Assembly: GCF_006345805.1 (NCBI RefSeq) | Contig: NC_042999.1 | Location: forward strand, 88,474,001-88,538,000 | From: Octopus sinensis | Lineage: Eukaryota | DNA: 64,000 nt | Direction: 5' to 3' | Shown here: positions 50,417 through 63,240 of the stretch, one piece after another | Layout of the letters: each line of letters opens with the position of its first letter | How positions within the stretch are numbered: position 1 is the stretch's first letter | Program-made: the position numbers and the translations under genes | Notes under the pieces: model-generated | What the model was told of the DNA's origin: nothing | What the model saw: the letters and a program-made list of their open reading frames with translations, nothing else | Database searches by the model: none

Positions 50417-51402
50417 GCTTGCTAATGCAGCAAGCTGGCAGAATCATTAGCATGCTGGGCAAAATGTTTAGTGGCATTTCATCTATCTATATGTTCAGAG
50501 TTCAAAGACTGCTGAGGTCAACTTTGCCTTTCATCCTTTTGGGGTTGATAAAACAAGTAGCATTTGAGCACTGGGGTCAATATAATTGATTTACCCACCC
50601 CACCAAAATTGCTGGCCTTGTGCCAAAATTTGAAACCAATATTTTAGTGGTGTAAGGCAGAAAGCTGGCAGAAATGTTAACATACTGGGCAAAATATTTT
50701 GCAGCATTTCATCTGTCTTTACTTTCCTCATCATCGTTTAACGTCCGCTTTCCATGCTAGCATGGGTTGGACGATTTGACTGAGGACTGGCGAACCAGAT
50801 GGCTGAGTTTCTACAGCTGGATGCCCTTCCTAATGCCAACCACTCCAAGAGTGTAGTAGGTGCTTTTACGTGCCACCAGCACGGGGGCCAGTCAGGCAGT
50901 ACTGGCAACTATCTTGCTCGAATGTTTTTTTCACATGCCACTGGCACAAATGCCAGTAAGGCAATGCTGATAACGATCACACTCGAACGATGCCTTTTAC
51001 ATGCCACTGGCACGGAAGCCAGTTGGCTGCTCTGGCAACGATCACACTTGCCTGGTGCTCTTAGCGCCCCACTAGCATGGGGCACAAGTGTCAGTAAAGC
51101 AACCCTGGTAACGATCACGCTCAAATGGTGCCTTTTACATGCCACCGGCATGGAAGTCAGTTAGCCACTCTGTCAACGATCATACTTGGATGGGGCTCTT
51201 AGCACCCCACTAGCATGGATGCCAATCATCGAATTTGATTTCTGAATTCAAATTCCACCAGGGTTGACTTTGCCTTTCATTCTTTTGGGGTCGATAAAAT
51301 AAGTACCAGTCAAGTACTGGGGTTGATGTAATTGACTTACCCTCTCCCTCAAACTTGCTAGCTTTGTGCCAAAATTTGAAATCAATACTTTAGTGATGTA
51401 AG
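50417..51402 (+). mobile_element. Nested SINEs: A (50417-50640), then a second A (50655-51402) split by family C (~50727-51235)
   Basis: The second A head is interrupted at CTGTCTTTTACTTTC and resumes at TTCTGAATTCAAATTCC; ~19-bp TSD at 50638-50656 / 51384-51402. Confidence 0.8.
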
Positions 51403-52682
51403 ATAAACTTTCAAGAACCTGTTTTTAGTAATATTAATTGTTTAATCTAGTTAACATTTTGTAAGTGAGGGTCTAATATTTTTACTGGTTTTTGTTTAAT
51501 TAATGGTGTCCATATCACTTGTGATGGTAATTGCTTAAAATCACTTCACAAACAAAAGATTTCTTGTAAAGAATAAATGCTTTCACAAAGAGGAAATATG
51601 TGTGTATGTTGTGAACAAACTTACAATACTAACTGCTTTAAAAAACCTCAAAATCTGTTTATTTTACTTCATTTTAAATTTCTAGCTGTGTGTATAATAG
51701 TTCACCACACAATCATGTTTGTGATCCCATTTCAAGGCACTTTGGGCAGATGTTTTCTACTACAACCTTGGGTTGATCAATATTGTGTGAAAAGAATTTA
51801 GTATAGAAGCTGTGTGGAAAGCCATCATATGTGTGTTTATGTGTTAGTGTGCATGTATCTGTGAGTGTATGCGTCTGTGATATCTGTATGTGTGTGTGTA
51901 TGTGAGTGCATGCATGTTGAACAGTTAGTGTGCATATGCGTGCATGTGTGTATGTGTGTGTGTGTGTGTTAATAGTCTTACTCCGAACTGCATTACTTAA
52001 AGTTTCACAGGAGTGGAAGAATACTTCTGATTATTTGAATGTTGAGTTTTGAGTGACAAGGTTTCCACAGGTTCTAAATAAGGTCGCTTATCATGGGATG
52101 ATGAGTAAGGCTCATCCTCATCCTCATCCTCCTGAGCACTACACTAGGATATCATCAAAGGATAGTAAAAGACATCCAATAAACCCTTGCTTTGGAGAAG
52201 CAGAATCCTCTCAGTGGGCAAGAGTTTTGATTACGTAGCAATAAAATTTAAGAAGAGTAATTTACCTTAACATTATGTGCATTAAAAGGCTTATGGCATT
52301 TATATGAGTCTAAAAGAATGGGCTCAAGAAGTATGATTTAAATCATTAACAAGATCTCTCCCTATTTATTACATTTATCTCCTTTGTCTCCATTAGAAAC
52401 TTAGCATATTGCAACAGGTAGTTGTTTTCCTTGAGAAAATTGAACAGCCATTTTGCTATCACAGGCGGTGATCTCTACAGGCTAATTTTAAATCATTAGC
52501 TCTCAGTAGCCACATATGCTCATTGCCTTTCTTTACATGTTTTACACTTTTGTATCACCACAAAGCTCACTGATTTCATTTGCATAAGAAGGGAACTATA
52601 ATCTTACTACCACTAACTGCATGTCATTTGATATTAATACTTTCTATGAAAGTCAACTAATATTTCTGTTGCTATTCTGTAG

Positions 52683-52829
52683 GCTCTATTGAAAACTCTA
52701 ACAACAAAGGAGACTACACTTGTCCAAGAGGCTGAAGTTGTCTCCCACCTGGTAGCAGTCAGCAACCACCAATTCCATCCCCAAAAATCGCAGCCTCACT
52801 CTGCAGAAGCAGTCTTCAGCAGCCAATAA
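52683..52829 (+). CDS. Candidate terminal coding exon (ALLKTLTTKETTLVQEAEVVSHL...FSSQ*)
   Basis: tttctgttgctattctgtag acceptor; phase 0 matches exon 42823-42872. Confidence 0.3.
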   Translation, partial: ALLKTLTTKETTLVQEAEVVSHLVAVSNHQFHPQKSQPHSAEAVFSSQ

Positions 52830-53339
52830 CAATTGGGAGCAGTTAACAGCTTCTAGTCCCACTATGTGATCTGAAGCAACTAATGAGAAGAAGCCTTAGT
52901 CATTATCCAACGACAGCTAGCCTGATTTGAAATATCTAAAAGCCTTACTACATAGAAAAAAGCATTAGTATGATCAAGAGTGTTTTTCTTACTCTTCTGT
53001 AACTTTAGGAAATATGACTATGAGTGAAATTATGAATGCAAATACCTCCATGAGAATGTATACTTATTTGCATAAATAATTCCTTTATTCATTTCTTTCA
53101 CTGTAAATAAATAAATCTCTCTTCTATTTTTTAATTATTATAAATCTTCTACTGAGGAGGGAGCCAGTTTCCAACAAAGATCCAAGGCTTCATCTTTGGG
53201 ATGTAGTTTACACAGAGAAATTCACATTTGGAACTTGAGAAAAGTCTTGCATATTTTTACTGTTCCACTCACAGACTGCACCTGTATGAATTAGCCAGTT
53301 GATTTCTCTTTCTGAAAATCCCAGTTTATCCAAATTCTC

Positions 53340-54085
53340 CTTTAAGTATTACTAACAAAACCTAGTGCTCTAATTATTATTGGTATGAATATGAATTCAT
53401 AGTCTGAATATAGAATCTGGAGGTTTTGAAGCAACTGTCCATAGATATCCTCTTTTCCTTTGATTTTCAAAGAGATATTTATATCTGTAGGGCAGCTGAC
53501 CTCTATGACAGTACATACCTTTACCCCTCTGTCCCAAACAACAATATCCAGCCTGTTATGTCTATATTTAACAGAAGTTTTGATGGGAAAATTCCACCAG
53601 TATTCCTTGAGTTGGTGGTTATGAATGTATTCCATAACAGAGGGATTTTCTAAATATATTCCAGGACAGTCATTCTCGTGGATGGCATTGTAAATTGTTT
53701 TAGCTACATCATACCATATAGGGAGGTAGTACTGTGATTACATTTTAGCACAGCTGCTAATCACATGCATTATGTCTTCCACAGAGACATTACATAGCCT
53801 ACACATGTGGTTGCACCTTAGGATTACAAGAGCGTCAGTGTCTCTCTTGTTCACTAGGTACTTTGCGGCAATTTCCTGTTCCTGGATTGAAAACACAGCC
53901 TTCAAAGTGTAATGTGATATAGTGATCTTGTGTCCAAGAGAGACTGTACTCTGTGTCAATTCTACCATCTTCTTCAAGTTTCTGGCAAACATACCCATGC
54001 ATGGTCTTTTTTTTTTTTTGTATGCTGAGTGCTTTCCATCCAGGTCTTCTCTGAGGTAAGAGAGCCCAGCTGTTTTGGGACTATA
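53340..54085 (-). mobile_element. Decayed RLE-type non-LTR retrotransposon fragment (NeSL/R4-like)
   Basis: IQEQEI, CRLC..EDIMHVISSC, HNRLDIVVWDR..VIEVSCP.D, IPIIIRALG. Confidence 0.8.
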
Positions 54086-54093
54086 TGTATGTA

Positions 54094-54140
<47 letters not shown>

Positions 54141-56050
54141 TGTGTGTGTATGTATGTAGGTATGTACGTTCATAAGAAACATTGTATTTAAAGTTTTGGC
54201 TCTCAGAAAAGGCCAGGCAGGACTTCATTATTGATATCAAGATGCCCTCTAACTACTGTTATTTTCATGATGCATTGGTGTACAATGGATAACAAAAGTT
54301 GATATTCTACTGATAAGCCAACAAATGTACATAAGTGTATATATCTCTAGATAACAGGAGTCATTTCTCTATCATTGTGTAACAGCTGAGTAGAGTTAAC
54401 TGTAAAAAGCTTGCCTTAAAAATAAAATCCACCAATAAATATATTCAGGCAGTTTATATGCACACAGGGAATATTAGCACATCAGAAGCTAATACATTCT
54501 GAAGAACTTGATGAATAATGACTTCTTTTTTTTTCCTAAAAATAGTATAGCAGTCACTTCAAGTACCAAGTAATAGTAAATTGCTGAAATGTAGCTGTCA
54601 GCTTTCAACTAATCTCTAAGTGATATTCATCAAAGAGATTCTAATTTTGTTTCTCTCTATCTAAATGCCCTGGCTACAACTTTCCATTGCCTTCCTTACA
54701 AAGCACCATCTTAGTCAACTTGATACAAACGTGTTCAATACACCTGCATGAATACTCAGTACGTAAAGAACCAGAACAAATGCTGTGAAATATTTCATTC
54801 AATGCACTCATAATTCTGCCATTCCATACTTTGGACAGGTTCTTTATTTCATTAACCTTAGAAGAGTGAAAGTCTAAGTTGACTTCAGCAAGATCTGAAC
54901 ACAATATGCAAATAGTCTGAACAAATACAGTATGGCAATCTATCTAAGGATTCTGCTAATTCATAATCTTCAAAAATTTTTTTGTCAATGCTCTAACTTA
55001 TCTTCATTAAGTTTTATTCTTCATACACTTTTAAATTGGGCTCCAAGTAAATTCAATTTACAAGGTGGTTGATGTTATGATAAGGATGTCATCTTGATAT
55101 GATAATAATTTTCTGTATTCCATCTCAGACAGCATGTTCTTCACTACCTGATCTCTTACAAAGAAAATTTAAGAATTTTCAGGTATTATGCATATGCATT
55201 TTAACTTGATTGTATTATCTGTCTTTGACGTCAATGAAAAAAGAACTGCTCTGAACCATTCCCATTATTCACCATATTTCTTATTAGTAATATCATACAG
55301 AAATTAACGTGCCAAGTTGGTTTGTCTTTTCAAAATTAATATATAATGATCCAAAGTCATTTGGCCAGTTTGCACTTTCTAAACTGATCTCAGATAAAAC
55401 ACTTCACACACTTGACCATCAGAATCCTTCTATTGAAGACAGAGGTGAAGAAAACAAACAAGAGATAAAGAAGAAGACAAACAAGTAGGTGTTTACCCCT
55501 AAGCAGGGATTTTCAAATATTTAAAGTGATATATCAATAGTAAGAAGGTTTCGATATTGCTTGGAATCATATCCATGATAGATTTCTCAAATTAGTGCTG
55601 TACCAATATCTAAATATCCAATTCTGCTCCATAGCAAGGTTTACCTTGAGGAAAAGCTAGCTTTCAGTAGTATGTCCTTCAATCTGCTTTATGAAGAATT
55701 ATAGGCATCAAGAGATCCTTCTTGTTTTCTTTGAAAATAGCTGTTGTAATATTTCTGACTCTTCTCTTTCACAGCAATGAGAACACCATCTCAACAACTC
55801 TTCTGCAGATGCCAATCTGAAGGCCACATTTCCTCAAAACATTTTTTTTTACAAACACTCTTTAAGGAAAATTCTACATGAATTGAGAATGCATTCTTAG
55901 ATTACAGCCATACAGCACCTTTCCAAAAGTAGTGAGAAAATGAAGAAGACACAACAAGGAAAAATAACTATTGTTGGTATTGCTGCTACTGATGATGATG
56001 ATGATGGGGGGGGGGGGTGCAGAAAGAAGGAAAGGAAAAAGACCAAAAAC

Positions 56051-56113
56051 AGAAGAAGAAGAAGAAGAAGAAGAAGAAGAAGAAGAAGAAGAAGAAGAAG
56101 AAGAAGAAGAAGA
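56051..56113. repeat. (AAG)n microsatellite
   Basis: Direct reading. Confidence 0.95.
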
Positions 56114-56394
56114 AATGATGAAAAAGAGAAGGAAGAGAAGCTGGAGATAGTGAAGTGGAGTGGAAGGAGGAGATTTTGTTAAAATTGTCTTTATTGCCAG
56201 ATGTGTAGAGTTATTGATTAGGCAAGCATGTTATATGTTGGTGAAATTGTTTGTAAACCCAATGGCTATATATTTGAGATGAATATAAGTTGGTTTCTGC
56301 AATCTATAAATAGTTTCTGAATGAATAGAATATGTCTGTATACATGCACACAAATACACAAAGATCATGTATAACATACACATATCTCTTTGCC

Positions 56395-56433
56395 TCATAT
56401 ATAGACACACTACATATACATATATATATATTC

Positions 56434-56475
<42 letters not shown>

Positions 56476-56492
56476 TATGCACATATATATGC

Positions 56493-56523
<31 letters not shown>

Positions 56524-56533
56524 TATGCACATA

Positions 56534-56571
<38 letters not shown>

Positions 56572-56581
56572 TATGCACATA

Positions 56582-56628
<47 letters not shown>

Positions 56629-56840
56629 TATATATGCACATATATATGTAATTACATGTGTGTATATATATATATATATATACACATATATATGTAATTA
56701 CATGTGTATATATACATATATATATGCACATATATATGTAATTACATGTGTGTGTATATATATATATATATGCACATATATATGTAATTACATGTGTATA
56801 TATATATATATGTATATATATATGTGTGTGTGTATGTATA
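56395..56840. repeat. Compound (TA)n with higher-order ~40-bp units
   Basis: Recurring AAATATATGCACATATAT and ATGTAATTACATGTG blocks. Confidence 0.9.
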
Positions 56841-56844
56841 TATC

Positions 56845-57095
56845 TGGCACGTAAAAAGCACCATTCAAGTGTAGTTGATGCCATTATTGCCAGTACTGCC
56901 TAACTGGCCCTCATGCTAGTGGCATGTAAAAAGCACCCACTACACTCTCGGAGTGCTTGGCATTAGGAAGGGCATCCAGCTGTAAAAACTTTGCGAGATC
57001 AGATTGGAACCTGGTGCAGCCTTCTGGCTTGCCAGCCCTCAGTCAAACCATCCAACACATGCCAGCATGGAAAGTAGATGTTAAACAACAACGAT
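56845..57095 (-). mobile_element. SINE family C
   Basis: Reverse complement of the family C motifs. Confidence 0.8.
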
Positions 57096-57883
57096 GATGA
57101 TATGTATGTGTGTATGTGTGTGTGTATATATATACATATATATATATATATACATAATATACATACATATACATACACATGATGCTTACTTCCAAACCAT
57201 GCATTCTCTGGTTCAATCCCACAGTATGGAGCCTTCAGCAAGTATTTTTGCTATAACCCTGGGCTGATCAAAGCCTTGTGAGTGGATATGGAAGATAAAA
57301 ACAAGAAGTCAGTCTGTACATGTGGTGTGTGTGTGTGTGTTTATATGTGTACTTTTGTCTTGATATCATGTGATGGTTGTAAACAAGAAACCTCATCATA
57401 GTTGTGATGTTGTTCATTTCTAGTCTTTGGTGTAGAATATGTTCTGGCCATGGAGAAATATTACTTTGCCTGGAAGCAGGTAACATTTAGTAACATGAAG
57501 GGCATCTGGCCATAAAAAATTTGCCTTAAAAAATTCTGTTTGGAAAAGTGGACATTAAATGGGGGATTCAATCTTGGAAGCATATGTGTTAAATGATGGT
57601 AGTGACGAGGTGTACAGTGAGGTCAGAAATTATAATTTTCATACATAATTCTTAATACATTCCAGCATTTTCAAATGCAAAATATATTAGTCACTGATGT
57701 GTATGTTACAAGAGAGTAACATTCCCATTTTAAAATGACAGTGTGTTCAGAACATAGATTATCAGTGCAAAGGATTCCAAGACACCTTAAAGAATAAATT
57801 AATTATACAAATCGTCATTTCAGATCTCACTGTACAGAGTGCTAAGAATGATTCTTTATCAGATGGCAGATATAAGCACCTAC

Positions 57884-58035
57884 CAGCAAACATTTTTATT
57901 CATGATATTATGTGCAAAACCAGATGCTTGCTTAGGCATAAAGGGCTGGGTGCTTCTGTCTGACAAACATATGCTGAAACACCAGTGGCTCAGAATCTCT
58001 TGCTCAAATAAGCCAAGTATGTCATGAATATATTG
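57884..58035 (-). other. Candidate antisense-strand exon (QYIHDILGLFEQEILSHW...)
   Basis: tctcccttttaacacag acceptor, CTG|GTAGGT donor, open frame; no partner exon found. Confidence 0.2.
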
Positions 58036-58633
58036 CTGTGTTAAAAGGGAGATGTTGTTCTCCTCTGAAGTACACGACAATGATTAGCATATTTGGTGTT
58101 TAAATCTGTTGAAATGTATTAAGAATAAATTATGCAAATCCTCGTTTCACATCTCACTGTATAATATGCAAAGAATGACTTTTTGTAAGTTATTTGTGGA
58201 TCCCTAAAAATACGTGAAACACTTCAAAATTTCAGTCTGCTGTTTGTATCATACACGTGGGCAAAGAAAAATATGTATACGTTTCCTTAATTCCTTTGAC
58301 TCCATGTGGACCATTGGGCACCAGTTAGAGATAACCATCTGTCTTGATCTTCAGTAATTAATTGCAATTGTCCTTAGGTGTAGCTGCTTGTCAGTGCTTC
58401 AGTTTCTGTGAACTGAACCTTCTCCATCTTGATTTTGGTTTACCACACTTCTGTCTTCCTTAGAGTGTCCACCAGAGAGCCTACATTGCAATGTTGGAAA
58501 CAGGTTACCATAGAGTATGTCTCAGCCAATCCCATTTCCTCTTCTTGATCTGGGTTTTATAGGCTCTTGGTTTGATTGTTCCCACAAGACTGTTTGTGAG
58601 TCTACTTTACCATCTTACTTAAAGATATGAAAT

Positions 58634-58742
58634 GAAGAAGAAGAAGAAGAAGAAGAAGAAGAAGAAGAAGAAGAAGAAGAAGAAGAAGAAGAAGAAGAAG
58701 AAGAAGAAGAAGAAGAAGAAGAAGAAGAAGAAGAAGAAGAAG
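58634..58742. repeat. Pure (AAG)n tract, ~36 units
   Basis: Direct reading. Confidence 0.95.
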
Positions 58743-59129
58743 GCAGTTGATAATGACAAAGATTATGACAACGATGATGACAAGGGAAAGAGGTCAGTGT
58801 TCAAATTTCTTTCACTTGTCATGGTCAATCTACTCAATGCACTCTCCTTAAAAAAATATTGTTCAATTAAAAATTTCCTTTGTTTGCTATTGTGGAGGCA
58901 GTTTGTATGGTTGCAATGCAGTCATTAAACTAAATAAATGAATAAATAAAACATTTCTTTTAATTAAAAAAAAAAAAAACTATAATAAAAAAGAAATAGT
59001 TTTGTCATTGTACATAAATCATTCATCATTGCCTCCATGAGGCCCAACACTTGAAAGGAGCTTTTCATGTGCCAGTTACATGACACACGCATTGGCCACA
59101 ACTACAATATACATATTGGATTCATATTT

Positions 59130-59330
59130 TGGTGCAAGGCCAGCAATTTTGGAGGAGAGGGTAAGTCTATTACATCAATCCCAGTATGCAACTGGTACCT
59201 ATATTACTGACCCCAAAAGGATGAAAAGCAAATTTAAGCTTGCTGGTATTAGAACTCAAAGCATAAAGCCAAATGAAATGTCACTAAGCATTTTCCCCAC
59301 CATGCCATCAAGCACCACTATGCCATCTCA
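59130..59330 (-). mobile_element. SINE family A, decayed
   Basis: Family motifs. Confidence 0.7.
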
Positions 59331-60099
59331 TTGCCTTAATCAGTGATATAAATATTAAGATACATTTACAAATGGATAAAAGACTACCTTTTCTCTTAAC
59401 AATGTGCATTCACTCAAAGGTCTCCAAGTCAAATCCTTTTATAAATAAGTAATTTAATGTTTAAAATCTAAACTAAAATATGATAATTATCAGAACCTAA
59501 TTTTACTATATTCCTAAATAGAACTAATGCATGTGGGGAAGATTAAAAATAGAATGTGATGTTGAAGAGAAAGGATTGAAAAAATTTACAGTTAGGATTC
59601 AAATAAAATTAATATATACATAGAAATTATAAGAAACAAAAACGAAATTCTCTAAGATGCACTGTTTTCTTCCTAAATCAAGAAAAACAGATATGAATAG
59701 TAGTTATTTGGTCTTTTTATCCATTTGACTGATAAGTAGCTTCTCTGCAAAGTTGTGATACATTATTTCAAAAAGGATTAGAAATTATTTAAAGTCTAAC
59801 TTAGACTAATCTTTAAAAACAAGATAAGATGTAAAAGTTAATCTTTTAAATATAAAAAATATTAAAACAGACCGAGTTCTACAAATTTACAAACTTCTTT
59901 TTATTCATCGTTATAAACATCTAGATACCCAAATAACCTTTTCACCATAATCTAATGTGTGTGTGTGTGTGTGTGTGTATGTGTGTGTGTGATAAGTTAA
60001 GGTTTGGTTGTGGTAGGGTAACCTGACAATTTGGCCAGTCAGTAAGTTTTTTATTACAAAGATAAATACAGGTATATCAAAAACCATACAATATAAATT

Positions 60100-60490
60100 A
60101 TCCTTTGTCTTTTACTGGTTTCAGTAATTAGACTGCAGCCATGCTGGGGTACTGCCTTGAAGGATTTTTAGTTGAATGAGTTGACCCCTATATATATATA
60201 TATATATATATTAGTCTGGTTTTTATTCTTTTGGTTTGTTTGCTTAACCACTAACTTATAGGGACATAAACACACCAACACCATTTGTCAAGTGGTGGTG
60301 CTGATAGTGGGAGTCAAACACAGACACACACACACCCTGGGCTTCTTTCAGTTTCCAACTAACAAATCCACTCGCACAGCTTTGGTTTGCCCGAGGCTAT
60401 AGAAGAAAACACTTGCCTTGGATGACATGCAGTGAGACTGAATCCAGACCCATGTGGCCGAGAAGCAAACTTCTTACCTCACAGCCACTC
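60100..60490 (-). mobile_element. SINE family B, decayed
   Basis: Family motifs. Confidence 0.75.
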
Positions 60491-60789
60491 CTGCACTTAA
60501 ATTCTCGATTTATTAAAATTATATCCACCTCTGGAGGATACATCACAATTACAAAATAGCAATCAAGACCATCTCCACTTGAGAAGGGGAGATAATCAAG
60601 AATTCTTCCCAATTAACATGCCATTAAGGAAAAGGACATGTTTATTGTCAGGAGATAAGCAGGCAGTTGTGGACACATGTTTCTGACACAATAGCCATCA
60701 TCTGTGCAATAATTGAATGATCTCATCTACAGTAGCTAAAGGACTTGGATTTATATAAAAAAAAAAACATTCATAATCTAGGTAATTTG

Positions 60790-60998
60790 CTTAATTAATC
60801 TACTCTGGTTCTGCAGCTTGCCTTTTATATATACAAACCAGTCATATCCAACCTCTCACACCTACTCTATAATGTCATTCTAAAAAATAAACAATCACAT
60901 TATTGAAATCTTTAATCTACAAGATAATGCATGCTTGATTCAAAGCAATATGAATGAATGAGCATTACATTTGACACAGCCATCTGAATGTTGAAGGG
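60790..60998 (-). mobile_element. piggyBac MITE related to the ends of element 15498-17621
   Basis: Minus strand CCCTTCAACATTCAGAT..TCAAATGTAATGCT resembles 15498-15560 and continues into GCATTATCTTG.., which resembles 17478-17530. Confidence 0.65.
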
Positions 60999-61570
60999 CC
61001 TCGATGAGTCTTAATCCAGCCTTGTTTTGCAAGTATGAGAATAAAGGAAAGTCTTAGGTATACCTATGAATGTGATAAGGTAGGGTTTGGATTTGGTAAA
61101 GTGGTTGTCAATTGAAAGATTGGTCTATGATGATGATGATGATGAATTTGCATAATTTAAACAGAAATAAGCTCAGACAAAAAACACAAAGTTGCCAGTG
61201 ACATGCATTAGAATAATATAGGCCAAAACTGGTAATACTTGAATAACATATTTCTCAAGAGCTCGTTTTTGTTTAAATTATGAAAATTACCCAGGCCGAA
61301 AACGTTTTTTGCTCTTTTTGTATTATTCCTACTTAAATACTAACCCCTCTCTATCCATCCCTAATAATACTACTCATTTTTCTCATTCTCCACACTCTTT
61401 ACACCTTCAAGTAGTTCAAAGATTGACTAGCTCTTTGATAGACCAATCTTTTAATTGACAACCACCTTTCCAAATCCAAACCATACCTTATCACATTCAT
61501 AGACATACCTAAGACTTTCCTTTATTCTAATACTTGCAAACAAGGCCAGATTAAGACCCATTGAGGCCCT
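60995..61570. repeat. Inverted duplication, ~134-bp arms (60995-61128 / 61438-61570), 309-bp spacer
   Basis: Arms are roughly 90% reverse-complementary; the outer ~27 bp match the start of a hAT-like end (AGGCCAGATTAAGACCC..GGCCCT). Confidence 0.88.
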
Positions 61571-61879
61571 AAGCACTTAAAAGATTTTGGTGCCCCCATA
61601 AAAATTATGTAATTTAAAATATAAACAATAACAAACCCGAAATAAATTTTTATTTTTCAAAACAAAGCAAAACAGTAAGAGGGAAAATAATATTTATTTT
61701 TGTATATTTCCGCTATTTATTTTTGAAAAGTTTCCTCTGACCTTTTTGAATTGCTAATTCTTTGATCAGATCCTCAAAATTAATCTCAGGTAACACATCT
61801 GCATGTATACTTAGTAGAAATAAAAGCATCCTGAATATTATATTAGCAAGTTTAATGTGCTTTCTTTTGTGCTGTAAAC

Positions 61880-62165
61880 CAGTGCTTCTCAAACTATCTG
61901 ATGAGGCATACCGGCAGATTTTTTTCTTCCAATGTGCCAGAGAGTGGTAATATTTCTTAATAATATTAATTTATACCGGAAACAGTATATATAATGAATA
62001 TAAAAAAAGTTGATAATCTTTTTATATTTATTTTGTAAACAAATAATACAATATTACATAAGCATTTTGTAATGTTTCTTTCTTTCCTGGAAACTCGCCG
62101 CATACTGGCAGTTGATGGCTCATGGACAGGAACCAGTCCACGGACCACTGCTTTGAGTAGCACTG
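61880..62165. mobile_element. hAT (Charlie-like) MITE, 286 bp, perfect 8-bp TSD CTGTAAAC
   Basis: TIRs CAGTGCTTCTCAAA / CAGTGCTACTCAAA; TSD at 61872-61879 and 62166-62173. Confidence 0.92.
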
Positions 62166-62424
62166 CTGTAAACCATTTACCATTTCTATTGTGCTCCTGC
62201 CTTCCCTTGATGTCCCTAAGTACGTGGTTATTTTGCTTAATGGTTTATCCAGTGCTGCTTGCAAATGAATTCTAAAGAGAAAGAAACAAGGCTAATTTTT
62301 TAAGAAGCATTAAAATAAACATTCCCTCTATAATTTATGGAGTACTGTGTCTTAAACCATGGTTCTCTCTGCTTTTAAACAGGAACATACACAAAAGATA
62401 GATAATTGTGTACAGGTATGTGTG

Positions 62425-62822
62425 TACATCATCATCATTATCATCAACATTGTCATCGTTATTGGTGTTGTCCTCCTCCTCCTCCTCTACTTCCTCCTCC
62501 TCATCACCACCACCACCACCACCACCATCACCACCACCATCATAATCATCGTCATCATCATCATCATTATTGTTGTTTTCTTCTTCCTCTGCCTTTTCTT
62601 TCTCCCTCTCTTCCTCATTATCATTGTTATCATTGTCATCATCATCAACATGGTCATTATTGTAGTCTTCTTTCTTCTCCTCCTCCTTCTCATCATCATT
62701 GTCATCGTCAACATTGTTATTGTTTTCTTCTTCCTCTTACCCCTCCTCCTCATCATCATCATCATGACCACCACCACCATCTGCAGCAGCAGTAGCAACA
62801 ACAACAACAGTAGCAGCAGCAG
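62425..62822. repeat. Compound trinucleotide array (CAT/CAC/CCT/TGT/CAG)
   Basis: Direct reading; explains three overlapping low-complexity ORFs. Confidence 0.9.
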
Positions 62823-63109
62823 AATGTGTTACTACTTACTCTGCCACACCTTCTGTTCTGCAATGATCACTTCTTGTTTCCTGTGCTACTTCCAAATGGT
62901 GTCCATTTTCCTTATAGTCCTCTAATCCATACTTACTGTTGGGCCACCCCTATGCCACCCTTGTTTCTCTATTCACTGCATTAGATTTTTTTTTTGCTTC
63001 TGACCACCTCCACCCCTCTTTCCATACATCACTCACTTCTTCCTCTAGCATTTTAGCAACCTTTATCCTTCCTTTGTAATTCTTCTTGTTACCTTCAAGT
63101 AACAATATA

Positions 63110-63240
63110 TATCTGACACTCACAAGGTTTTGGTTTGCCCCAGAGCTATAATAGAAAGACACTTGCCAAAGATACTATGCAGTGGGACTGAACCCAAAAC
63201 CATCTGGTTGGGAAGCAAACCTCTAACCAAACAACCACAC
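63110..63240 (-). mobile_element. SINE family B head
   Basis: Family motifs. Confidence 0.75.

Noticed and set aside
62359-62925. 188-aa hydrophobic ORF resembling a membrane protein
   Set aside because: Entirely a compound trinucleotide repeat that is open in several frames.
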